Positions 1-8,983 of a DNA stretch of 32,000 bases are shown piece by piece. The DNA is from Trichodesmium erythraeum IMS101 (GTDB lineage Bacteria; Cyanobacteriota; Cyanobacteriia; Cyanobacteriales; Microcoleaceae). The translations under genes and the position numbers were made by a program. The first letter of the stretch is position 1. The number at the start of each line of letters is the position of its first letter. Where the stretch lies: positions 5,490,001 to 5,522,000 of the forward strand of contig NC_008312.1 in assembly GCF_000014265.1 (NCBI RefSeq), in the 5' to 3' direction. The notes under the pieces were generated by a model that saw nothing but the letters and a program-made list of their open reading frames with translations, was not told the DNA's origin and did no database searches.

Positions 1-1328
1 TCCTAGAAAAAGGTAGTGGAGTTATTTGTCATATCTCTCAAAAGGAACTTCATAACAAATTAAAAAAGGGTGAAGCTATTGTCATGTTTGATGGGTTAGA
101 TGAAGTTTTCGACCCTGAAAAACGAGAAAGGGTAATAACTGATATTCATCGGTTTACTAATGACTATAAAAAGGTGCGAGTTATTGTTACTTCGCGGGTA
201 ATAGGTTATAAATTACAAAGACTCCGAGATGCTGAATTTTGTCATTTTATGTTGCAAGATTTAGATGAGGAACAAATTAATTATTTTATTAAAAATTGGC
301 ATGAGCTTACTTACAAAAGTGAAGAAGAAGAGACAAAAAAGTGGAGAATGGGACGGTTAAAACAAGCAATTAAGGATTTTTCAGCTATTAAAGAAATCGC
401 TAGAAATCCTCTATTATTAACTATGATGGCTATTATGAATCGTAATCAAGAACTTCCAAAATATAAAGCTGACCTCTATAATAATTCTTCAGAACTTTTG
501 TTAAAGTGGGATGTAGAAAGGGCGCTTCGTAGAGAAGGGATGGAACAAATTAATCTTGACTCTATAACAATTAAAGACAAGCAGGAAATATTGCGCCGGA
601 TGGCTAAGTTTATGCAGGAAAATAAAAAAGGTTTTGCTGGCAATTTAATCTCTGAGAATAATGTAGAAATAATTATCAAAGAATATCTAGATTTTCTAGG
701 TTTTAAGGATGCAATAATTATAGCTAGAGCCCTGCTTAAAGAGTTACGCAATCGGAATTTTATTTTATGTTTTGTTGGGGGTGGATATTATGCTTTTGTA
801 CATCGAACTTTTTTAGAATATTTCTGTGCCTGGAGTTTTGTTTGGGAGTTTAAGGAGACACAAACTATAAACATAAATCAGTTGATAAATGATGTTTTTG
901 AGAACCATTGGCGGGATGAAAATTGGCATGAAATTTTGCGATTAATTGCAGGAAAGATTAATGCTAATTTTGTGGGAAAAATTATTGGTTATTTGATGGA
1001 AAAAGATGGGGAAGAAGAAAAATTTATGAATTTATTTTTGGCGGGGAAATGTTTATTTGAAGTTGAACACCCTCAGCATATTGATGAGATAGCTTCTGAG
1101 TTATTGAATAGGTTAAAAGCTTTGACAAATTATAATCTTGATCATATTGACTATGATAGTAAAATTCGTACTCAAGCTGTAAAACTTGTGGCAGAAACTT
1201 GGAGGGATAATCGTTTAAATGAGGCTAATATTAAGACTTGGCTCGATAATATTGCAGAATCTCATAGTGATTTGAATGTACGGGAGAGAGCAAAAGAAGA
1301 GTTAGCTACTAGATGGAAAAATGACTGA
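1..1328 (+). CDS. NACHT-family STAND NTPase (bacterial NLR-like); 5' end lies outside the window
   Basis: The frame is open from base 3 (LEKGSGVICHISQKELHNKLKKGEAIVMFDGLDEVF). It aligns residue for residue with FLEKGSGVTCHLPQQELHAKLQNGDAIVMFDGLDEVF of the next gene, so the ATG at 84 is internal. NACHT-type motifs are present: Walker B IVMFDGLDEV, VIVTSR and NPLLLTMMA. The whole visible part is highly similar by eye to aa ~345-760 of the 2194-aa neighbour. It ends after only one or two degenerate HEAT-like units (IRTQAVKLVAETWRD, SDLNVRERAKEELATRWK). Confidence 0.85.
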   Translation, partial: LEKGSGVICHISQKELHNKLKKGEAIVMFDGLDEVFDPEKRERVITDIHRFTNDYKKVRVIVTSRVIGYKLQRLRDAEFCHFMLQDLDEEQINYFIKNWHELTYKSEEEETKKWRMGRLKQAIKDFSAIKEIARNPLLLTMMAIMNRNQELPKYKADLYNNSSELLLKWDVERALRREGMEQINLDSITIKDKQEILRRMAKFMQENKKGFAGNLISENNVEIIIKEYLDFLGFKDAIIIARALLKELRNRNFILCFVGGGYYAFVHRTFLEYFCAWSFVWEFKETQTININQLINDVFENHWRDENWHEILRLIAGKINANFVGKIIGYLMEKDGEEEKFMNLFLAGKCLFEVEHPQHIDEIASELLNRLKALTNYNLDHIDYDSKIRTQAVKLVAETWRDNRLNEANIKTWLDNIAESHSDLNVRERAKEELATRWKND

Positions 1329-1397
1329 TAAATTTGAAAAAAATAAGCCACGAATTCTCTTATTTTTTTCTATGGAATGTCAAAAGGTTAAATAACT

Positions 1398-4300
1398 ATG
1401 ATTGAACATTTAATTACTTGGATTTCTACTCAAGAGGTTGATTTTTTTACAAAGGAAGTTATTAGAGAATTAGCTAAACGTACACCTAAAGACTACGTTA
1501 AAGATTTTTTTAATTGGCTTATTTTTTACCTAAATGGTAGCAATATAAATACAAAGACTTTAGAAAAAGCAAATGTAGAAGCAATTAAAGAATTTTTGCA
1601 ATTGGTAAAGCAAGAATTAGAAGAAGTTGAGTTAGATGAAAGTCGATTAGAGCGATATATTGAACCCTTAGAACAATTTCTTAAAAATAAGTATGTTTTA
1701 AGAACTTTAGGTAGTGCATTTAATCATAATGTCAAAATTTTAGATACTAAGAAACTAGCTACTATCTGGAATAAAATTAATCCGCCCCTACCCGATGATT
1801 TTGACTGGGTCTTAGTTGTTAAGCAATATCAGAGAAGGGTGAAAAAAATTATTCGAGATTCTGATGAATTACGGAAAATATTAGACTCAGAAACCCTCGC
1901 TCAAATAGCAAATCAAAATTATAAAATTACACCAGAATTTGACCTCAGAAAATATCAAGAAGGAATCCAAGAACAATATGGAAAACTCAAATTAGAAAGT
2001 TTAGATACTAGTGGTTATGGTTATAATGAACTGAAATTATGGCGAATGTTTATTTCTCAAAATGTTCGGGAATCTCAAGAATTTAGGCCTCAATTATATG
2101 AAATTCCTAAAGAATATCTCCAACAATTAAAAGAGACTGGGCAGTTAGAAATAGAATTTTCTCCAGAACAATTGGAAACTGTCCGACGCAGATATTTAGA
2201 ACAGCCGGTTCGCTCAGTTTTAGAACTAATAGAAAATACTAACTATAAATATTTAGTTATTCTGGGAGACCCTGGTTCTGGCAAGTCTACTTTATTACAA
2301 TATATCGCTTTGAAATGGGCAGAATTACCTCTGAGAGATTTGCCTTTAAAACCAATTCCTCTATTAATTGAACTACGGAATTATGTGAGAAACCATGATT
2401 ATAATAAATGCCAAAATTTTCTAGATTTTCTCGAAAAAGGTAGCGGTGTAACTTGCCATTTACCTCAACAAGAACTTCATGCAAAACTACAAAATGGTGA
2501 TGCTATTGTGATGTTTGATGGATTAGATGAAGTTTTTGAACCTGCTAAAAGAAAGGAAATAATTACTGATATTCATGGATTTACAAATGATTATAAAAAT
2601 GTCCGGGTTATTGTTACTTCTAGAGTGATTGGTTATCAGCCACAACAACTCCGGGATGCTGAATTTTATCATTTTATGTTGCAAGATTTGGGGTCCGAAC
2701 AAGTTGATAATTTTATTCAAAGTTGGCATGATTTAACTTATCAAGATGAGCGGGAAAAAGAGCGGAAAAGAGAACGGTTGAAACGGGCAATTAATGATTT
2801 TTCAGCTATTAAGCAGTTGTCGGGAAATCCTTTGTTATTAACTATGATGGCTATTTTAAATCGTCATCAAGAATTACCGAGAGATAGGGCGGAACTTTAT
2901 AATCAAGCTTCTCGGGTTTTATTACAGCAATGGGATATGGAAAGGGCATTAGTTGATGCTAAGATTGACCCGATAACTATTGACTATAAAGATAAGCAAG
3001 AAATTTTGCGCCGAGTTGCTGATTTTATGCAGCAGAATAAAGAGGGTTTGGCTGGTAATTTGATTGATGAAAATAGCTTAGAAAATATTGTTAAAGAGTA
3101 TCTAAAAAGTGTAGATATTAATGATGTGAGAGTTGTGGCTAGGGCGTTGATGGAACAGTTGCGGGTTAGGAATTTTATTTTGTGTTTTGTTGGGGGTGGA
3201 TATTATGCTTTTGTACATCGAACTTTTTTAGAATATTTCTGTGCTTGGAGTTTTGTTTGGCAGTTTACGGTAACACAAACTCTGGGAAAAGATGGGTTGA
3301 TAAATGATGTTTTTGGTAGTCATTGGCGGGATGAAAAATGGCATGAAGTATTACGGTTAATTGCTGGGATGATAGATGCTAAGTTTGTGGGAGATATTAT
3401 TAGTTATTTGATGGAACAAGATGGGGAAGAGGAAAAGTTTCAGAATTTATTTTTGGCGGGCAAGTGTTTGTTTGAAGTTAGGAGTCGCCAGGGTATTGAT
3501 GATGTGGGTTATCGGTTATTAAATAGGTTAAAAAATTTGACTGGGTATGACCTTGGTTATTTTTATGAATCTTATGATGAAGATGATGAAGATGCAGAGT
3601 TAGTTCGTGAAATTCGTACTCAAGCTGTGGAAATAATGGCTACAACCTGGAGGGATGATCCTTCAACTTATACTTGGCTCAAACAAAGGGTTGTGTCTGA
3701 TGAAAGTTCGGATGTGCGAACTGAAGCCGTCCGACAAATAGCTACTGTTTGGAAACACGAGCCGGGAATTTTAGAATTACTCAAACAAAGGGTTGTGTCT
3801 GATGAAAGTTGGCAGGTGCGAACTGAAGCCGTCCGACAAATAGCTACTGTTTGGAAACACGAGCCGGGAATTTTAGATTTACTCAAACAATGGGTTGTGT
3901 CTGATGAAAGTGAGGATGTGCGAACTGAAGCCGTCCGACAAACAGCAACTGGTTGGAAACACGAGCCGGGAATTTTAGATTTACTCAAACAATGGGTTGT
4001 GTCTGATGAAAGTTGGCAGGTGCGAACTGAAGCCGTCCGACAAATAGCTACTGTTTGGAAACACGAGCCGGGAATTTTAGAATTACTCAAACAAAGGGTT
4101 GTGTCTGATGAAAGTTGGCAGGTGCGAACTGAAGCCGTCCGACAAATAGCTACTGTTTGGAAACACGAGCCGGGAATTTTAGAATTACTCAAACAAAGGG
4201 TTGTGTCTGATGAAAGTTGGCAGGTGCGAACTGAAGCCGTCCGACAAATAGCTACTGGTTGGAAACACGAGCCGGGAATTTTAGAATTACTCAAACAAAG

Positions 4301-7300
4301 GCTAGTATTTGATGAAAGTTCGGATGTGCGAACTGAAGCCCTCCGACAAATAGCAACTGGTTGGAAACACGAGCCGGGAATTTTAGAATTACTCAAACAA
4401 AGGCTAGTATTTGATGAAAACTGGCAGGTGCGAACTGAAGCCCTCCGACAAATAGCTAGTGGTTGGAAACACGAGCCGGGAATTTTAGAATTACTCAAAC
4501 AAAGGGTAAATTCTGATGATGACTCCGATGTGCGACTTGAAGCCATCCGACAAATAGCTCGTGGTTGGAAAAACGAGCCCCGAATTTTAGAATTACTCAA
4601 ACAAAGGCTAGTATTTGATCAAAGTTTGCAGGTGCGAACTGAAGCCGTCCGACAAATAGCTCGTGGTTGGAAAAACGAGCCCGGAATTTTAGAATTACTC
4701 AAACAATGGGTAAATTCTGATGATGACTCCGATGTGCGGCTTGAAGTACTCCGAGAAATAGCTAGAGCTTGGAAAAACGAGCCCGGAATTTTAGAATTAC
4801 TCAAACAATGGGTTGTGTCTCATGAAAGCTGGGATGTGCGAACTGAAGCCCTCCGACAAATAGCTAGTGGTTGGAAACACGAGCCCGGAATTTTAGAATT
4901 ACTCAAACAAAGGGTAAATTCTGATGATGACTCCGATGTGCGACTTGAAGCCATCCGACAAATAGCTCGTGGTTGGAAAAACGAGCCCCGAATTTTAGAA
5001 TTACTCAAACAAAGGCTAGTATTTGATCAAAGTTTGCAGGTGCGAACTGAAGCCGTCCGACAAATAGCTCGTGGTTGGAAAAACGAGCCCGGAATTTTAG
5101 AATTACTCAAACAATGGGTAAATTCTGATGATGACTCCGATGTGCGGCTTGAAGTACTCCGAGAAATAGCTAGAGCTTGGAAAAACGAGCCCGGAATTTT
5201 AGAATTACTCAAACAAAGGCTAGTATTTGATGAAAGTTCGGATGTGCGAACTGAAGCCGTCCGACAAATAGCTAGTGGCTGGAAAAACGAGCCCGGAATT
5301 TTAGAATTACTCAAACAAAGGCTAGTATTTGATGAAAGTTGGCAGGTGCGAACTGAAGCCCTCCGACAAATAGTTAGTGGTTGGAAAAACGAGCCCGGAA
5401 TTTTAGAATTACTCAAACAAAGGGTAAATTCTGATGATGACTCCGATGTGCGGCTTGAAGTACTCCGAGAAATAGCTAGAGCTTGGAAAAACGAGCCCGG
5501 AATTTTAGAATTACTCAAACAAAGGCTAGTATTTGATGAAAGTTCGGATATGCGAACTGAAGCCGTCCGACAAATAGCTAGTGGCTGGAAAAACGAGCCC
5601 CGAATTTTAGAATTACTCAAACAAAGGCTAGTATTTGATGAAAGTTGGCAGGTGCGAACTGAAGCCCTCCGACAAATAGTTAGTGGTTGGAAACAAGAGC
5701 CGGGAATTTTAGAATTACTCAAACAAAGGGTAAATTCTGATGATGACTCCGATGTGCGACTTGAAGCCCTTCGAGAAATAGCTAGTGGTTGGAAAAACGA
5801 GCCCCGAATTTTAGAATTACTCAAACAATGGGTTGTGTATGGTGATGATATGTTTGTGCGACTTGAAGCCCTCCGAGAAATAGCTAGTGGTTGGAAACAC
5901 GATCCCCGAATTTTAGAATTACTCAAACAAAGGCTAGTATTTGATGAAAGTTGGCAGGTGCGACTTGAAGCACTCGAACAAATAGTTAGTGGTTGGAAAC
6001 AAGAGCCGAGAATTTTAGAATTACTCAAACAAAGACTAGTGTCTGATGAAAATTCGGATGTGCGTCTTGAAGCCGTCCGACAAATAGTTAGTGGTTGGAA
6101 ACACGAGCCCGGAATTTTAGAATTACTCAAACAAAGGGTAAATTCTGATGATGACTCGGATGTGCGGCTTGAAGCACTCCGACAAATAGCCAGTAGTTGG
6201 AAAAACGAGCCCGGAATTTTAGAATTACTCAAACAAAAGCTAATATCTGATGAAAGTTGGCAGGTGCGACTTGAAGCACTCGAACAAATAGTTAGTGGTT
6301 GGAAACAAGAGCCGGGAATTTTAGAATTACTCAAACAAAGGCTAGTATTTGATGAAAACTGGCAGGTGCGACTTGAAACACTCGAACAAATAGTCAGTAA
6401 CTGGAAACAGGAGTCGGGAATTTTAGAATTACTCAAACAAAGACTAGTGTCTGATGAAAATTCGGATGTGCGGCTTGAAGTACTCCGGCAAATAGCTAGT
6501 GGTTGGAAAAACGAGCCCGGAATTTTAGAATTACTCAAACAAAGACTAGTGTCTGATGAAAATTCGGATGTGCGGCTTGAAGCGCTCCGACAAATAGTTA
6601 GTAGCTGGAAACATCAGCCAGAAATTTTAGAATTACTCAAGCAAAGGCTAGTTTCTGATAATGACTCGGATGTGCGAACTGAAGCCGTCCGACAAATAAA
6701 TAGTGGTTGGAAAAACCAGCCAGAAATTTTAGAATTACTGAAACAAAAGCTAGTGTCTGATGAAAATTCAGATGTGCGACTTGAAGCACTCCGACAAATA
6801 GTTAGTAGCTGGAAACACGAGCCCGGAATTTTAGAATTACTCAAGCAAAGGCTAGTTTCTGATAATGACTCCGATGTGCGGCTTGAAGCACTCCGACAAA
6901 TAGCTAGTACTTGGAAACATCAGCCAGAAATTTTAGAATTACTCAAGCAAAGGCTAGTTTCTGATAATGACTCGGATGTGCGAACTGAAGCCGTCCGACA
7001 AATAAATAGTGGTTGGAAAAACCAGCCAGAAATTTTAGAATTACTGAAACAAAAGCTAGTGTCTGATGAAAATTCGGATGTGCGACTTGAAGCACTCCGA
7101 CAAATAGTTAGTAGCTGGAAACACGAGCCCGGAATTTTAGAATTACTCAAGCAAAGGCTAGTTTCTGATAATGACTCGGATGTGCGAACTGAAGCCGTCC
7201 GACAAATAAATAGTGGTTGGAAAAACCAGCCAGAAATTTTGGAATTACTGAAACAAAAGCTAGTGTCTGATGAAAATTCGGATGTGCGAACTGAAGCGCT

Positions 7301-7982
7301 CCGACAAATAGCTAGTACTTGGAAACATCAGCCAGAAATTTTAGAATTACTCAAGCAAAGGCTAGTTTCTGATAATGACTCGGATGTGCGAACTGAAGCC
7401 GTCCGACAAATAAATAGTGGTTGGAAAAACCAGCCCGGAATTTTAGAATTACTGAAACAAAAGCTAGTGTCTGATGAAAATTCGGATGTGCGGCTTGAAG
7501 CACTCCGACAAATAGCTAGTACTTGGAAACATCAGCCAGAAATTTTAGAATTACTCAAGCAAAGGCTAGTTTCTGATAATGACTCCGATGTGCGAACTGA
7601 AGCCGTCCGACAAATAAATAGTGGTTGGAAAAACCAGCCAGAAATTTTAGAATTACTGAAACAAAAGCTAGTGTCTGATGAAAATTCGGATGTGCGAACT
7701 GAAGCACTTCGACAAATAGCTAGTAGTTGGAAATATCAGCCAGGAATTTTTGAATTGTTTTATCACGCCGCCCTCAATGACCCCTTTCAAAATGAAGATG
7801 AGTTTTCAGACAACCCTCGACAAACAGCACTAGAAGTAATAGTCGAACAATACCCAGAGCATCCACAAACCCTCCCATTATTAAAAGACAGAGCAGAAAA
7901 CGACCCAGACACACAACTACAGGAGTGGGCAAAAGAGACATTGCAGCAATTAGAAAATAGCTACTACAAGTATCTTTCATAA
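1398..7982 (+). CDS. Giant NACHT NTPase (bacterial NLR-like) with an unassigned N-terminal domain and a C-terminal array of 40 HEAT-like 34-aa repeats
   Basis: Single 2194-aa ORF. Walker A GDPGSGKST lies at 2265-2291, and Walker B IVMFDGLDEV at about 2509-2538. VIVTSR and GNPLLLTMMA motifs and a helical/winged-helix-like region (FILCFVGGGYYAFVHRTFLEYF) follow. From 3696 there are 40 units carrying the HEAT/PBS-lyase-like signature D-x4-VR-x-E-A-x-R-Q-I. Confidence 0.9.
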   Translation: MIEHLITWISTQEVDFFTKEVIRELAKRTPKDYVKDFFNWLIFYLNGSNINTKTLEKANVEAIKEFLQLVKQELEEVELDESRLERYIEPLEQFLKNKYVLRTLGSAFNHNVKILDTKKLATIWNKINPPLPDDFDWVLVVKQYQRRVKKIIRDSDELRKILDSETLAQIANQNYKITPEFDLRKYQEGIQEQYGKLKLESLDTSGYGYNELKLWRMFISQNVRESQEFRPQLYEIPKEYLQQLKETGQLEIEFSPEQLETVRRRYLEQPVRSVLELIENTNYKYLVILGDPGSGKSTLLQYIALKWAELPLRDLPLKPIPLLIELRNYVRNHDYNKCQNFLDFLEKGSGVTCHLPQQELHAKLQNGDAIVMFDGLDEVFEPAKRKEIITDIHGFTNDYKNVRVIVTSRVIGYQPQQLRDAEFYHFMLQDLGSEQVDNFIQSWHDLTYQDEREKERKRERLKRAINDFSAIKQLSGNPLLLTMMAILNRHQELPRDRAELYNQASRVLLQQWDMERALVDAKIDPITIDYKDKQEILRRVADFMQQNKEGLAGNLIDENSLENIVKEYLKSVDINDVRVVARALMEQLRVRNFILCFVGGGYYAFVHRTFLEYFCAWSFVWQFTVTQTLGKDGLINDVFGSHWRDEKWHEVLRLIAGMIDAKFVGDIISYLMEQDGEEEKFQNLFLAGKCLFEVRSRQGIDDVGYRLLNRLKNLTGYDLGYFYESYDEDDEDAELVREIRTQAVEIMATTWRDDPSTYTWLKQRVVSDESSDVRTEAVRQIATVWKHEPGILELLKQRVVSDESWQVRTEAVRQIATVWKHEPGILDLLKQWVVSDESEDVRTEAVRQTATGWKHEPGILDLLKQWVVSDESWQVRTEAVRQIATVWKHEPGILELLKQRVVSDESWQVRTEAVRQIATVWKHEPGILELLKQRVVSDESWQVRTEAVRQIATGWKHEPGILELLKQRLVFDESSDVRTEALRQIATGWKHEPGILELLKQRLVFDENWQVRTEALRQIASGWKHEPGILELLKQRVNSDDDSDVRLEAIRQIARGWKNEPRILELLKQRLVFDQSLQVRTEAVRQIARGWKNEPGILELLKQWVNSDDDSDVRLEVLREIARAWKNEPGILELLKQWVVSHESWDVRTEALRQIASGWKHEPGILELLKQRVNSDDDSDVRLEAIRQIARGWKNEPRILELLKQRLVFDQSLQVRTEAVRQIARGWKNEPGILELLKQWVNSDDDSDVRLEVLREIARAWKNEPGILELLKQRLVFDESSDVRTEAVRQIASGWKNEPGILELLKQRLVFDESWQVRTEALRQIVSGWKNEPGILELLKQRVNSDDDSDVRLEVLREIARAWKNEPGILELLKQRLVFDESSDMRTEAVRQIASGWKNEPRILELLKQRLVFDESWQVRTEALRQIVSGWKQEPGILELLKQRVNSDDDSDVRLEALREIASGWKNEPRILELLKQWVVYGDDMFVRLEALREIASGWKHDPRILELLKQRLVFDESWQVRLEALEQIVSGWKQEPRILELLKQRLVSDENSDVRLEAVRQIVSGWKHEPGILELLKQRVNSDDDSDVRLEALRQIASSWKNEPGILELLKQKLISDESWQVRLEALEQIVSGWKQEPGILELLKQRLVFDENWQVRLETLEQIVSNWKQESGILELLKQRLVSDENSDVRLEVLRQIASGWKNEPGILELLKQRLVSDENSDVRLEALRQIVSSWKHQPEILELLKQRLVSDNDSDVRTEAVRQINSGWKNQPEILELLKQKLVSDENSDVRLEALRQIVSSWKHEPGILELLKQRLVSDNDSDVRLEALRQIASTWKHQPEILELLKQRLVSDNDSDVRTEAVRQINSGWKNQPEILELLKQKLVSDENSDVRLEALRQIVSSWKHEPGILELLKQRLVSDNDSDVRTEAVRQINSGWKNQPEILELLKQKLVSDENSDVRTEALRQIASTWKHQPEILELLKQRLVSDNDSDVRTEAVRQINSGWKNQPGILELLKQKLVSDENSDVRLEALRQIASTWKHQPEILELLKQRLVSDNDSDVRTEAVRQINSGWKNQPEILELLKQKLVSDENSDVRTEALRQIASSWKYQPGIFELFYHAALNDPFQNEDEFSDNPRQTALEVIVEQYPEHPQTLPLLKDRAENDPDTQLQEWAKETLQQLENSYYKYLS
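3696..7775 (+). repeat. Tandem array of 40 x 102 bp (34 aa), in frame, inside the NACHT gene
   Basis: Consensus unit is SDESWQVRTEAVRQIASGWKHEPGILELLKQRLV. I counted 40 units directly from the translation, and 40 x 102 = 4080 bp matches 3696..7775 exactly. Many adjacent units are identical or nearly identical at the DNA level. A 41st degenerate unit follows (NDPFQNEDEFSDNPRQTALEVIVEQ). Confidence 0.95.
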
Positions 7983-8569
7983 ACTCAGAAGTTAGAAGTT
8001 ATTTTTGTATATCCCACGTTAGCTAACACTCAGGAGTCAGAAAGTAGTCAAAATTACACAATTTTCCAGCCCAAATATAGCCTCAACTCTTTCCGTCATC
8101 AGCAAATGCGCCCATTTTATGGCTTTAAAAAATCAATAAAACCCCTGTACGCAACCCCTCTCAAACTACTATTCAAGAAGTCACTAGACCTTCTACAGTC
8201 AATGTTTTCAAATTTATTCAAATGTATTCATGGGTGGAGATAGGCAAATCAAAAAGACAGGAAAAATTGGAAACAATATAGCTGGGAAAATTGAAAAACT
8301 CAGTGAATAAATTTAGGAGTTGACAATTTGTATACTTCCAGTTATCTTTAAACCATCAACATAAATATCAAAACGTCGCTACAAGGCAATTTCTCCCGGG
8401 TCTACTTTGACTTCCAATATGAGGGCAAAAAAAATTATCGTATTCTAACTCCTTCTTTAATAATTAACCAGACCAAAAAATGATCATGTCTACCACCACA
8501 ATAGTATCCTATTAACAATCAGATTTTTTTGATTTGTACTATCCAAATATTTGCCACTAATAAACATAT

Positions 8570-8812
8570 CTATTGATCTAATTTTTTTTCTGGGATTTTA
8601 TAAGTAGTAACAAAAGCAGTTAACCAAGTTCCAGGAGCAAAAGCCATAGTAACTTTTGCCCCTTCATTTGTGTACTTAAGGAATAATAAAATACCATCTT
8701 TTATCTGTGCTTCATCTGCCTGAACATATTGTTCCTGATTTTCGACTATATCTTTAGTTACCCGAACATACCAATAGTAATTACCATAACTAACCTGTTC
8801 AGCATTAACCAC
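8570..8812 (-). CDS. Hypothetical small protein (80 aa)
   Basis: ORF only. It lies on the same strand as the pentapeptide gene, 171 bp downstream of it. No motif recognised. Confidence 0.35.
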   Translation of the reverse strand: MVNAEQVSYGNYYWYVRVTKDIVENQEQYVQADEAQIKDGILLFLKYTNEGAKVTMAFAPGTWLTAFVTTYKIPEKKLDQ

Positions 8813-8983
8813 TTAATTTTACTCCTACTTAACTACACTAACTAGGCAAATTGTAATTATCTATAGTGATTTTGTCAAGCTAAATTTACCAAATAATAAT
8901 TAAATAATTATGATCAAAAATTAAGAAAAAATCACCGATTTTTTAGTAGAATAAAAAAATTAAAAATCAAGAACTTCAATAAT

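Noticed and set aside
476-2729. Short minus-strand ORFs inside the two NACHT genes (476-751, 2287-2484, 2523-2729)
   Set aside because: They are fully embedded antisense to strongly supported coding sequence, and their products are low-complexity and motif-free.
3668-7150. Long antisense ORFs through the repeat array (3668-4600, 4619-4804, 4820-5008, 5027-6538, 6614-6844, 6920-7150), all starting MSNSKI...
   Set aside because: They are a by-product of the periodicity. One antisense frame of the 102-bp unit happens to lack stop codons and contains an ATG, so the ORF length simply tracks repeat identity. The sense frame forms one uninterrupted 2194-aa protein with clear NACHT motifs, and the antisense product is low-complexity Ser/Cys-rich. 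There is no independent evidence for an overlapping gene.
3696-7775. Whether the 102-bp periodic array could be a CRISPR array or the variable/template repeats of a diversity-generating retroelement
   Set aside because: There are no unique spacers between repeats, since the units abut directly and are in frame. No cas genes are present. No reverse transcriptase or separate template repeat with adenine-specific differences is visible in the window. The variation is not restricted to A positions.
8320-8348. Near-consensus sigma70-like promoter on the plus strand (TTGACA, 17-nt spacer, TATCTT)
   Set aside because: No plus-strand gene or recognisable RNA follows it for more than 3 kb. Such matches arise easily by chance in A/T-rich intergenic DNA. 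It could drive an unannotated sRNA, but nothing in the sequence supports that.
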